DNA of 64,000 bases, taken from NCBI GenBank assembly GCA_951406725.2, contig OX597829.1, positions 55,428,001 through 55,492,000 of the forward strand, read 5' to 3'. Position numbers and translations under genes: made by a program. The notes under the pieces are model-generated. The model was not told the DNA's origin. It ran no database searches and saw only the letters and a list, made by a program, of their open reading frames with translations. Origin of the DNA: Octopus vulgaris (Eukaryota). Positions within the stretch are counted from its first letter, which is position 1; each line of letters opens with the position of its first letter. Of this stretch, positions 40,112-52,673 are shown piece after piece.

Positions 40112-40700
40112 TTGGCCAGAGACCTGAGGGACACTGGATTCAAAACCAAGGTCTACGCAGTCGAGGTTGGCGTCAGAGGATTTGCAGGCTCATCTGCCTA
40201 CAGCCTTGTGAAACAGCTGTCCATCTGTGGAAGAAGCAGGACTAGAACCTCGAGGACTATGGGAGAAGCAGTGGAGAAGGCCTCAAGTTGGATCTGATCT
40301 AGGAATAACAAAGGTCAACTTTATAAGGCTTGATTTGCCACAATTCAAGTGAGTGCCAGATTGGCGTAGTCATGTAGGCCTGCACCTCTGGAGCTGGCGA
40401 TCCAGGTTTGAATCCTGCTGGGACCATGAGAAAAAAGAACTCTCCCACCTGGGTTGTCCGAGCGCTCACCAGTGTACCCAACTGGAAACGTGTACTTAGC
40501 TATTCTCAGGGCCGCAGCACACATCACTGCAATGCTAGAAACCAGAGAAACCAATCCCACCTAAGGCGTACTAAAACAGACAGCAGGTGGACATCCAGGT
40601 GTCATGACTTGGATGTGGCCCGACCCCGCTAGAGTATCAGGAGTTAAGGGCCAAAACACTTGCCTAAAGGGGGTTTCTCCTCTGAGGATCACCTGCTGTT
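40112..40700 (+). mobile_element. 3' end of a HERO-like RLE non-LTR retrotransposon with a structured 3' UTR
   Basis: VYAVEVGVRGFAGSS…MGEAVEKASSWI* matches the HERO-type C-terminus (PVEVGCRGF…AAExASxWIW), followed by ~400 nt of GC-richer UTR. Confidence 0.8.
40581..40698 (+). ncRNA. Candidate pseudoknotted hammerhead-like structured RNA (degenerate copy)
   Basis: Six complementary strand pairs plus CTGAGGA, (G>A)AAA and an NUC triplet at the helix junction; see findings. Confidence 0.5.
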
Positions 40701-41016
40701 ATGCTTCCCCTGAGTTTCTTTCCACTGATTCATGTTACCATTTACATGCATAATATATATATAATTATTTTCCAAAAACTGAGTCGCTGAATGTGAAAAG
40801 AAAGGCTGCTCTTTTGATGCTTTGCTAATCTTGTACTGATTATTGGGGGTCTCCACATGGAGAATAAACATAATATCTAGGAATATTACCAACAATTGAT
40901 TGGTGTCCTATTCAAGTAAAAAATATATTTCTCATCTGCATAACATTGTTTCACAGAGATAATAAATACAACACTAAATGAATGCAATATTTAATATTTC
41001 AAGCATTTTACTTCAC

Positions 41017-41132
41017 CCACCCACCCACCCACCCATCCATCCATCCATCCATCCATCCATCCATCCATCCATCCATCCATCCATCCATCCATCCATCCAT
41101 CCATCCATCCATCCATCCATCCATCCATCCAT
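41017..41132. repeat. (CCCA)n/(CCAT)n microsatellite
   Basis: Directly visible. Confidence 0.98.
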
Positions 41133-42010
41133 CGTCTCTGCCTAGTATTCCTGAGATGTTTGTTGTGATACATTTCTCAGGCACCTCCTCCATAGGATCC
41201 TATCAGAAGCACCTGTCATTACTTTCCAGTTGAATTCCCAAGTATGACCAACTGAGAGTATGGATATTTTTCAATAATCTCTTCCTTTCTCTATCCCTAG
41301 GTCTCCTGCCAGTTGGCTCAGCTTGAAGAATGTGTCTTGCGATTCTCTTCTGCAACATTCTAATCAGATGCTCATAGTAGCAGAGCTGTGACATCTCAAG
41401 CGTAGTAGTGAATTAGTCTTGTACTTGTTGTATAAATGTTGTTGAGTTGAGCTGAGTGATCAAGCTGAAAGTTATAGTATCTAGAAATCCTTAATTCATC
41501 GAATTATGTAAAACCAGTTGTAAAATTACTTACATTGTGATGTTCCAGATGAAATGTTAAAACCAATGAATAATTTAAACGAAACCTTTTTTGAAAAGAT
41601 ACCAAATAAAGGTTATGTTCATTTTTCTTTCCACAATGAAATCTGGTTTATTTTATAAGTGCAAACTGTATTGATTACATCAAAAAGTCACATTTAGAAG
41701 GATATTTATTTTGAAATGATCAATGACCAAAAGAATGGGCCCAGCATATTTTACTGGTATTTTAAGACAGTGAGCTGGTGGAATTGTTACCTGGAGTGGT
41801 TGTGTGGTAAGTAGCTTGCTTACCAAACACATGGTTCCAGGTTCAGTCCCATTGCATGGCACCTTGGGCAAGTGTCTTCTACTCTGACGTCAGGCCAACC
41901 AAAGCCTTTTGGGTGGATTTGGTAGATGGAAACTGAAAGAAGCTCATTGTGTATATATATATATATATGTATGTATTATGTATGTATGTATGTATGTATG
42001 TATGTATGTA

Positions 42011-42074
<64 letters not shown>

Positions 42075-43320
42075 TGTTCCCCTAACATCGCTTGACAATC
42101 AATGTTGGTGTGGTTACATTCCCGTAACTTAGCGGTTCAGCTGCTAAGTCTTAGGATCGATTTGCTTGACTAAAGGCGGTGCTGTAGCATGGCCACAGTC
42201 AAATGACTGAAACAAATAAAAGAATACACATACAAAATACTTAGTGACATTTTCTCTGGCTTAATATTTTGAGTTCAAATGCTGCTGAGGTAGTCTTTAC
42301 CTTTCTTTCTCCCAGGGTCAGTAATATAAATACCCGTCAAACACTGGGGATCGATGTAATTGACAAGCCTCCTTCCCACCAGACCTTTAGTTTATTGTAC
42401 AAAGAAAATATTTTACTGGTGTTTTACCAATCTTTACAGAAATTAAAAACAAAATTTATATAAAAAAATACAAACCACATTTAAAAATATTCTAAGCAAG
42501 TAACATTAAACCCTTTAGCATTTAAACTGACCATATCTGGCCTGAATATTTTGCCCGTTTTATGTTCAAACTGACCAGATCAAGCCTCTCACACCTACCC
42601 TACAATGGAGTTCTGAAAATATACAATTACATCATTGAAATCCTGAAGTTATGAGATAATGCATAATTAATTCAAAACAAGGTGGATAAATAATAAGCAT
42701 TTCACCTGACAGAGTAATTTGAATGTTAAAGAGTTAAAACCCTTTCCTAAGTTTATCCTAATTGCACAAAGCAGGTTATTAAATTAACTTCAATTCCCAA
42801 GTGCCTTGTATGTTAAATCATATTATAAGTTACAATTTCTTCGGACACTCATTTATTTCATGCTTTATTTACTTAGTAACTATTATAATCATTGATGCCT
42901 TTCTTCCCCCGCTAACGACATATTCTGTGATCTCTACAATGTCCCATAAGATGTAGAGTCTCATATATTTTACCATTATTTACATACATGCATTTTGTTT
43001 GATGTTTAGTAAAAGTACCATGATTCGGGATTGCTATAATGTATAAAACATCCTGCTGTACTCTCTCTTCTCATTTCTATGCTAGAATCCTATCATCTTA
43101 CAAACTATTATAATAAATTAATAATTTATTTTATTTCTGAAAATGTAAGATATATCTGTAAACTAAACATTGTCAGTTAAAGGTCAACAAATTTAATGTA
43201 TACAACATCCAAGTCTGTTTTGAATATCTCAAAATCCAAAGTAAACATTATTTTTTTTTATATTTTAGAGAAAGTTAGTATTAATGTTGCACTATAAAAA
43301 CACGACAGCCATAACCTACA

Positions 43321-43363
<43 letters not shown>

Positions 43364-43759
43364 CATACTAAATGTTAAGTTGGTTGGTGTTATACAAATT
43401 CTCAGTTTATTAGTATAACCTTTAGTTGACATCCACAAGAAGGCTGTTATATAAAGACAAACTAATTATTAATTATCAAATTTCCAAATAACTCTAATGA
43501 AGTATTATTTTGATTTTATAATTTATCTTCATTTGAGAAACCAATAAATGTTACTCTCTTCAACATTTTAAAACGTCTGTGACAGTGCTGTTTGTCTTTT
43601 AAATTCTGATAACAAAATGACATTACTCTCAGTACAAGGGCAAATTGTAATTGATATATATATATATATATATAATATTTATATCATATATATATATATC
43701 ATATATATATATATCATATATATATATCATATATATCATATATATATATATATATATAC

Positions 43760-44025
43760 CAGTGGTTCTCAACCATCTTTTGCCTATGGACTCCTTTGAT
43801 TCCTATTTCACTAAGGGGTTGGTTGGTGGGGGACCCTTATAGCCATTGGATACCTAAAAACTGCTATCATATTTTTATGATTAAATATTATTGAGATTTG
43901 TATTAAAATATGTTTAAATATTTTGTGTTTTGTAGAAATATAACCAGTTTGTTGCAAATAAATATTAACAACAAAACCTTATACGGCCCTCTAAGGGTTG
44001 TATGAACCCTTGTTGGGGACCACTG
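43760..44025. mobile_element. hAT/Charlie-type MITE in a (TA)n tract
   Basis: TIR CAGTGGTTCTCAAC / GTTGGGGACCACTG. Near-identical 8-bp flanks ATATATAC/ATATATAT. Confidence 0.8.
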
Positions 44026-44699
44026 ATATATATGGTGATTTTCTTTGAATCTATTTGAAGGGATTTGGCTCAGAGCTGGCCATCAGTACACTGAACAAAA
44101 ACCTGCCAAACCATATTTTGGTAAAGACAGACTTGCAACATTTGATATCTAAACTTACTGTGACTTTGTTCTTATTCTCCAAATCCCTTAATTGCATCAT
44201 TGTCCCTAACTCTAAGATTGTGGTTATTCACTATCTCCCCCAAAAAACAGTACAAAATATCAAGAATCACATTTGATATAAAGTTCATTTTATCACCACA
44301 TTGCAGAGGGTGACAACTTGTGCTCAGCAAACAGATGACTTCCTTAAATCATTAACAAAGTAATGCAAATTCACAATTATAGCAACTCATTAAGCAATTG
44401 ATTGGTATTTCTCAATTATGAGATCCCAGTGAGAGGACCATGTGAGGGCCACTAGTTCCAGGAAGAAAATACAAGAAATGCAAAATGTTTGAGTTGGTCA
44501 CAAAATGGCAGCTAAAGACTCTCAAACACCATTAGTGAAACTACAACCACACCCATACCCTCCTCCTCCTCCTCCCCATTTTTCAATGAATTGCCCTTTT
44601 TTTTTGAGAGATCAAGAGACAGCAATGATAAAACTTCATAGTATGGTGACTGAAAATATGATTCAAGGTCACCAACTGCAAATTTTATTAGCTTTATCA

Positions 44700-45275
44700 G
44701 CCTCAAATATGCTGCTGAGTACAGAAATATCTCACTTTATGTGGACCTGCTTTGCAAGACCCTGTGATTACGAGTTTTATTTTTCAAGCACAAGATCCAA
44801 ATTTTGAACAAAGTGCAAAAGTTTCTACTAAAATAACAAATGCTTCTGCATGTTACTGAGAAATTTATAGAGAACGAAAAAAAAAAGCTTCTAAGCAAAC
44901 AACTCTTGATTTGTTTTTTAAAAAGAAATCTACATGTCTGTCTATGAGTGCTTGTGAATTGGCAAACACATCTAGAAGTGATGGTGTGTGTGAGTCTAGT
45001 ACGAGTGAAAGTGATTCAGAAAACAATTATAATTTTTTTAATTATAAATGATCTTGATATTTTTTTTTTGCTTTACATAAAATATTCTTTACATTCTACT
45101 GTTGTTTTATCGCCATTTACTTACGAATATTATGAATTTTAATAGGTAAAATATTTTTATGAGAATGAATTATGAATTATTGCTACTATGGGAAATTGTT
45201 GCTCTCCTTTATGAGTTTTCACTTTACAAGCAGTCTTAGGAATAAATTAACTCATATACAAAAGCATTTCTGTAG
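44700..45275 (+). mobile_element. Possible Tigger-like 3' remnant
   Basis: KKKASKQTTLDLFF (typical Tigger transposase C-terminus), then an AT-rich region ending …tttctg|ta. Confidence 0.45.
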
Positions 45276-47130
45276 CTACCTGCAGTCAGTTAATAATCAG
45301 AAGCAAAGAAGGATATTCCCCTTCCTCCACCACAAAAAAAAAAAAATGAAATAAAAGAAGAAAAAAAAAAGCAATGAAAGATCCCTCACTGGCACCATTG
45401 TGCTTGAGTTCTTAGTTTATGCTAAACGATTAACTGGATTTAGAAACTAACAGTTGCAATGGTACACAGCAGAATGCCCCCTATCTCCCCCAATCTTTCC
45501 CATTATACAGATAATCCTACTAATCTAAACATAATTCCACAAAATTATCAGAATGGTTTCAACTCAATTTGCATGTTTAATTAGGTAATTAAAATGACAG
45601 CGTGTTTGTTATTGTTGTTTTCTTTTGGAATTGCACTTTTTCACTAAAATGTAAACCTAAAAGTAAGCTTCATACAACAATAGCTCTCTTTTTTTTCTTC
45701 TTTTTCTTTCTTTCTTTTTTTGATTAGCTGTGAAAGTGTTTTTATAAGTAAGTTGTTTAATATGTCAGCACACCGGCCAAAATGCATAATCACGTTTCAT
45801 CTGTCTTTATATTTTGAGTTCAAATTCCACCAGGGTTGACTTTGCCTTTGATCCATTTGGGGTCGATAAATTAAGTACCAGTTGCGCACTGGAGTCGATC
45901 TAATTGACTATCCCCCTCCCCCAAAATTTCAGAACTTTTGCCAAGAGTAGAAAGGAATATATTTAGTGTTTGGAAAAGAGCAGAGTAAACCCAGACTGAA
46001 ACGGTAAAAGCACATTTAAGAATACTTTGCAACAGAAATCCTTTGTAGATATCTTTTATCCTTTATTCTGTCACTTGTTTCAGTCATTTGACTGCGACCA
46101 TGCTGGGGCACTGTCTTGAAGAATTTTTGGTAAAATTAATGGACCTCAGTACTTTGTTCAAAGCCTGGTACTTATTCTATCAGTATCTTTTGCTGAACTG
46201 CTTGGTTAGAGGGAAATAAACACACCAACACTGGTTTTCAAGTGGTGGTGAGGGATAAACACACACACATACACACACACACACGTGAGGGGCTTCTTTC
46301 AGTTTCCATCTACCAAATCTACTCACAAGTCTTTGACCAGCCCGAGTCTATTGTAGAAGACTCTTGCCCAAGATGCTATGCAGTTGGACTGAACCCGGAA
46401 CCATGTGGCTGTTTTGCTAAGCAAATTCTTATCACAGAACCACACCTACACCTAAATAGGAAAGCTTTATAATTTATATTTCGGAAATGTTAATGTTTAT
46501 TATTTATAACATTTTTAATATCTTGCATTATTCTAATTAAACAATAACACTCAAAAATTCACATTTTCATAAACTATTTGAAGAAATAATTTTTGCTTGG
46601 TCTTATTGAGCAACTTGCTTTAAAAAAATAGTAAAGTGGGGTTAGAATTGCCAGAGAAGAGTGCTGCTAGTGATAGAATTAAGTAGGTCAGACATTCCTT
46701 GGAAAAAGTATATTTGAAGAATTTTCCATTATAAAACTATAATTTTTTTTTTAAGCAAGGATTATTATTTTAAATATGTAGAGTAGTCTATTTATATGAG
46801 TCAAATTATGTGAATCAAATTATATGAGTCAAATTATGTCAATACTGACTTTGCATTTTGTCTCATGAAAGATCAATAGAATAAGTCCCCATCATTATTC
46901 CCACCATAACATCCCTTTTGCCATTCTGAAGTAGGTCAGTTGGAATCTGTGGAAGCAGATTTTTATATCTGGATGCCCTCCCTATCACCAACCCTCACCT
47001 GTTTCCAAGTAAGGTAAAGAATTCCCAGTGGCCAGGCATGTTCTTGCAGAATATTGGAAACAAATGACACAGCTTGTATGACAGAGACACTCGTTTACAA
47101 CTATCATGCGATGTCAAGACCAGGAGATAT

Positions 47131-47211
<81 letters not shown>

Positions 47212-49444
47212 GCTTTTTTTCTGTTTCTATTGGTCAAATCCACACACAAAGCTTCATCTGCCAGAGGCTGTAGTAGAAGACACTTGCCTAAGGTGCCATG
47301 CAGTGGGATTGATCCCCCAAAAACACATCATTGAGAAACAAACTTCTTGACTAGAACTGGTGTCAGTATAACAGACTTAAAACATTTGGATATGGTGCCC
47401 CAGCATAGCCACAATGGAATGACTAGAATCAGAAAAAAAAAATTTAAAATACCTTAGAAAAGATCTCAAAGAATGTCAAAGTATCCATCCATATTCTATG
47501 AAATTCTAATCTACACAGATGTAAAGGCTGAGGCAAATTGGATAAATGTTGAAGCGAAAGAACAACTATCTACTTTCCTAATTGCAGTAACAATGCCAAT
47601 AGATGATTATATATCCTTACGCAAAATGGAAAACTTCTCTAAATATTATCCATCTATCAATGCTGGGCAACTTGCTTGGACCAGCAATAACCCTTCAACA
47701 CCAGATGCCTTGATCGTGTGATAAAGCATGAAAGTTGGTTTGAGTTTTAATCAAAATGGCCTTTTCTTAGCTGAAATACTTCCTCTGTGCATGCCATGAC
47801 TACAGATGATAGCAGTATGTCACTAACTGAACTGGTTGATCCTGTCTGTTGCCAGCTTATTGTCTGTTCATCTGCTCAGCATCTTGTGATATTCACCATT
47901 GATTCAATAGGTTCATTTGTTGAAGGTTCATGTTGCATCCCATGAAATCAACATATCTTAGCTTAGGTGATCACATGCTATTTAACCCATGGTGGGGACC
48001 TTGACAGCTACTTCTGTTCTCAGTCAGAGTAGATCTGGGAACAATAGTGGCTATGAAGTGGTTTCACACTCCTGAAAATCCCCGGAACTCCTGAACCAGG
48101 GTCACGCTATGGGATGCAGTTTAAAATAAAGCCCCTAAAAAAAAAATATAATGATCTGGAAATTGAGAGAACAGAAATGCATGACATGAAGAGAAACTTT
48201 TCTCCTAAGAATTGGTGTTTTACGAATGATTAAAAAAGATTCACTCAATACAAATCACAAACCCTTGTACTATGAACTAAACTGAACAAACGGGAAATCA
48301 CCGCACTGAACAATCATGGGATGAAGAGTACCTCTGATACCATATAGAATCATAAAGGAAACACAGCACATGTCCAAGGTGCATAGAGCTGTGCTCAATA
48401 ATGCAGTTAAAGTTTGCAACAGAGAGACTATTGAATGGCATTACTATTAATATCAATAATAAACCGATCCTGTCTGTGTTAGCATTTCGGTTGTGTGTAC
48501 CCATAACAAGATAATAATAGTAATAATAATAATTACAATAAATAATGGGAATCTAACCTTTATCATGATGATTTATAACCAGCAAACAAAACCAAAATTT
48601 AATTGGAAATGTCGAGGTTTCAAGTAACATTGCTATTCTTTAGCTTTTTTCTTCTTTTTTTTTTGTGTGCTGAAACTGCCTCATAACTCCTATTCTTCAC
48701 TAATTTGTACCAAATGTGACGTATTTGGTATTTTCTGTCTATTGGCATTGTTCATTTGGCTGACTCTGATTTTGTCATTCCCGCCTGAGCCCTTTCACAT
48801 TTCCCTTTCCAAACTCTTTGTTCTTTGTCATGCCATGTATAAAAATGAAAACTGTCAAGATGTTGAGAAACGAGTACTTAACAACTAAGACAATGTTTGT
48901 CTTGGATTCCAAAGTATTCTTTACTCTGATGCTATGTTGTCTTTACTCACCAACATGTAAAACAGAATAAGACTACGTCTGCTTCTAAATACTACAATCG
49001 GAAATTTTCCACAAATTATCTTTGGTAAATTTGTTGTCTGACCTTAAAGGTTGTCATTTCGAGTCTTGTTATCGAAAGGTCATGCTTTGGGGGTAAAATA
49101 TGAGTTTAGTTCCTCACTTAGTGAGAAAGATTAAAGGGTATTGTCAGTTTTAATTTATTTTTTTTCATTAAACACACACAAATCATGATCTTTCTCTCAC
49201 TCGCCTTCTTTCTTTCACACTCACTTTCTCTTCTCACTTAGAATTATAACATTCTCCTTGACTTGACGCATGGCATAAAATATCAAAGGTAAATAAAAAA
49301 AAAACAAAAACACCAGAACAAAATAATATAAGACATTTTACTGTATGAACTTTAGATAAGTACAACTGAAAGCCTTGGTCATCAAATAAGGTAATTGTTT
49401 ATTGTATCATCACTTGGTTCTGATATTGTTCCAGCTCAATTAAA

Positions 49445-49646
49445 TATACATATGTATATATGTGTGTGTGTGCATATATATATATATATTTATATATATA
49501 TGTATGTATATATATATGTATGTATATATATATGTATATATATTTATGTATGTATATATATTTATGTATGTATATATATATGTATGTATATATATATGTA
49601 TATATATTTATGTATATATATATATATATGTATATATATATGTATG

Positions 49647-49736
<90 letters not shown>

Positions 49737-49839
49737 TAAATATATATATACATATGTATATATATATATATATAAATATATATATACATATGTATGTATA
49801 AATATATATATACATATGTATGTATATATATATATATAC

Positions 49840-49893
<54 letters not shown>
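49445..49893. repeat. Long imperfect (TA)n microsatellite
   Basis: Directly visible. Source of the YIYI ORFs. Confidence 0.99.
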
Positions 49894-49897
<4 letters not shown>

Positions 49898-50065
49898 AAT
49901 GTGGTCGGATTGACCTGAAAATTTGCACACCTATGTTAAAAGTGGTGGGTAGTTTGCATGGCACCTTTGAGTTTCTTCAATTGAAAGGTGTGGCCTCTAG
50001 GGCAAAATTCCTCATCTTTAAAATGTGGCCCGAGTACACCAGAATGAAATCGGGTTATAATACTA

Positions 50066-50114
<49 letters not shown>

Positions 50115-50135
50115 TACTCATACACACACATATAC

Positions 50136-50251
50136 ACATATGGTCTTATCACATTGAATGCTCTGCTTATCGTTGATCATTGAAGTTAAGCAACATCTAG
50201 CCTGGTCAGTACATAGATGGGTGACCACTTGAGAAATCTAGCTGCTGTAGA
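50136..50251 (+). pseudogene. 5S rRNA pseudogene, near full length
   Basis: gatcattgaagttaagcaacat…gtcagtacatagatgggtgaccacttgagaa…tgctgtag aligns with metazoan 5S (GATCACCGAAGTTAAGCAACGT…AGTACTTGGATGGGTGACCGCCTGGGAA…GTTGTAG), with many transitions. Confidence 0.88.
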
Positions 50252-50422
50252 GGCTGTGTGGTAAGAAGCTTGCTTTCCAGCCACATGGTCCATGGTTCAG
50301 TCCCACTGCATGACACCTTGGTCAAGTGTTTTCTACTGTAGGGTCTGGCTGACCAAAGTCTTGTGAGTGGATTTGGTAGACAGAAACTGAAAGAAGTTCC
50401 TCTCTATGTGTGTGTGTGTGTA

Positions 50423-50455
<33 letters not shown>

Positions 50456-50784
50456 GTCTGTGTGTGTATTTATGTTTGTGCTTATCCCCAGCACTTGACA
50501 ACCGGTGTTGGTCTGTTTACACCCTCGTAAATTACCTGTCAGAGTTACAGAAGTTTAAAGTTTGACCATTTTTACCCAGTTAAAAAACAGGATTTGCAAG
50601 CTATCATTTTGTGCGTGACAGCATGTTGTCGACTGTAAATAAATGAAATATTGGTGGAATTTTGCTTTATATACGCCAATATAAACCCTTATAACATTTT
50701 TATTTTTTGAAATTTTTGAAAATTTTGTATTCTACACATAAGAATTCAGACGATTATGCAGAACAAAAATAAATAAAAAGATAA

Positions 50785-50975
50785 GGCGTAAATTCGGTAT
50801 AAGTACCGGAAGTACCGGATACATTTCAAGAAAGTGTTTTTTTAATATATATATGGGGGTTAGAGTTAGGGTTTGTGTTGGGGTTAGGTTTAGGGTTAGG
50901 GGTAAGAGAACATTGTTTCTGTTATCTTCAGAAATGTAAACAAAGTCACGTGTGTACTTATACCGAAAGATCGCC
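50785..50975. mobile_element. 191-bp MITE (GG termini, Merlin-like) with internal TTAGGG-like repeats
   Basis: TIR GGCG-n4-TTCGGTATAAGTAC and its complement, perfect 8-bp TSD AAAGATAA (50777-50784, 50976-50983). Confidence 0.88.
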
Positions 50976-52346
50976 AAAGATAAAAATAAAGGCTTATTCA
51001 GCTATTACTTTTAGCACATCTCACAATCACCATGCTAAAAATGACAGAGCGGCGAGCTGGCAGAAACGTTAGCACGCCGGGCAAAGTGCTTAGCAGTATT
51101 TCGTCTGTCTACGTTCTGGATTCAAATTCCGCCGAGGTCAACTTTGCCTTTCATAAGGTATAAATTAAGTACCAGTTACGCACTGGGGTCGACGTAATCG
51201 ACTTAATCCCATTGTTTGTTCCCTCTATGTTTAGCCCCCACCCTCCCGGTGGGCAATAAAGAAACAGATATGCTAAAAGTGACCGTGTGAGTAAAATAGC
51301 TTGGACTGTTACTATGGAAACTGGTATGAATGTGTATATGGCTTACGATTGACTGAAAAACCCAACAGTTTCAAACTTTAAAAGTTATAAACTCTTTATT
51401 TATTGATTTATGAATTTCCTGTCAATGATTACCATACAAACCTACATCATTACAACGAATATGAAATCAATTGGGACAGAAATTGAAGAAACTGGAAATT
51501 GGAAGCCAAACTGGAAAGATCCAAGTGGGGAAACAGTCATTTCAGAAAAATATGTTTTTGGTGATAAAAATTAAAAAGAATGAATGTGTATCATAGAAAA
51601 CAAGTAAAAAATGAATGCAAATATAAATAAACTACACAGGCTTAGTATGAGTGAGTGAGTGAGTGTGGGGGGAAAGGGTCGTATGCGTGTAAGAAAGAAA
51701 ACAGAGGACTGGGGAAAAAGGAAAGGGGGAAGAGGAGGTAGAGAAGGAGAAATAAAAATGGGAGGTGATGGGAAAGAGTAAGTTAAGAAGGTAGTGATAA
51801 GTTACAAGTGACAACTTGTCAATATGGATAGACAAAAGCAATTAGGAAGTGTAGTGAATGAGGAATTAGAGATTAAAAAATTAAGGAAGGAGGTTAAAGA
51901 CAGCAACACACGAACGAACGCACCAAACCGACTGAAATAAAACGACCGAGATTCAATTGCGAATGATGTAAGTGTGTGTGTGTGTGCGCGCGCGCGCGCG
52001 CGTGAATGTGTGTGTGTGTGTGCGTGAATGTGTGTGTGTGGATGTGTGTGTGTGGGAATGTGCGTGTGTGTGTGTGTGCGTGTGTGTGAGAATGTGTGTG
52101 TATGTAAAAGAGCGGTTCACGATATTGATTCACAGAATGGTGTGATTATCACAATAAGCTCCTCTTAAGGACTTGGCTATCAGTACAAAGAAGTGTAATG
52201 TATAGTGTCCATGTAGCTAAAAATCAAGAAGATCCGAGCGATAAAGATACTTCTCGAGGAGGATATGAAATCATAAACTCAGGAGGTATGAGACGTGAAT
52301 ATATATGTGAGTGGATTTGGTAGACGAAAACTGAAAGAAGCCCATC

Positions 52347-52410
<64 letters not shown>

Positions 52411-52673
52411 ATATATATATATATACATGTGTATATACATGTGTATATTTGTGCGTATATCTGTGATTGTCCCCGCACCATCGCTTGACAACTGATGTTG
52501 GTGTGTTTACGTCCCCGTAATCTAATGATTCGGCAAAAAGAGACTGATAGAATAAGTACTAAGCTTACAAAGGAGAAGTCCTGGGGGTCAATTTGTTCGA
52601 CCAAAGGCGGTACTCCAGCATGGCCGCTGTTAAAAGGCTGAAATAAGTAAATGACCGAAATGTCTCTTCCATA

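Noticed and set aside
35200-48800. Nested protein-coding gene in the CpG-poor block
   Set aside because: I found no exon with a recognisable non-transposon peptide. Short exons could have been missed.
49395-50157. YIYI-rich ORFs
   Set aside because: (TA)n microsatellite artefact.
50857-50903. TTAGGG repeats as a chromosome end or fusion scar
   Set aside because: Short, degenerate and enclosed in a TIR/TSD-bounded MITE.
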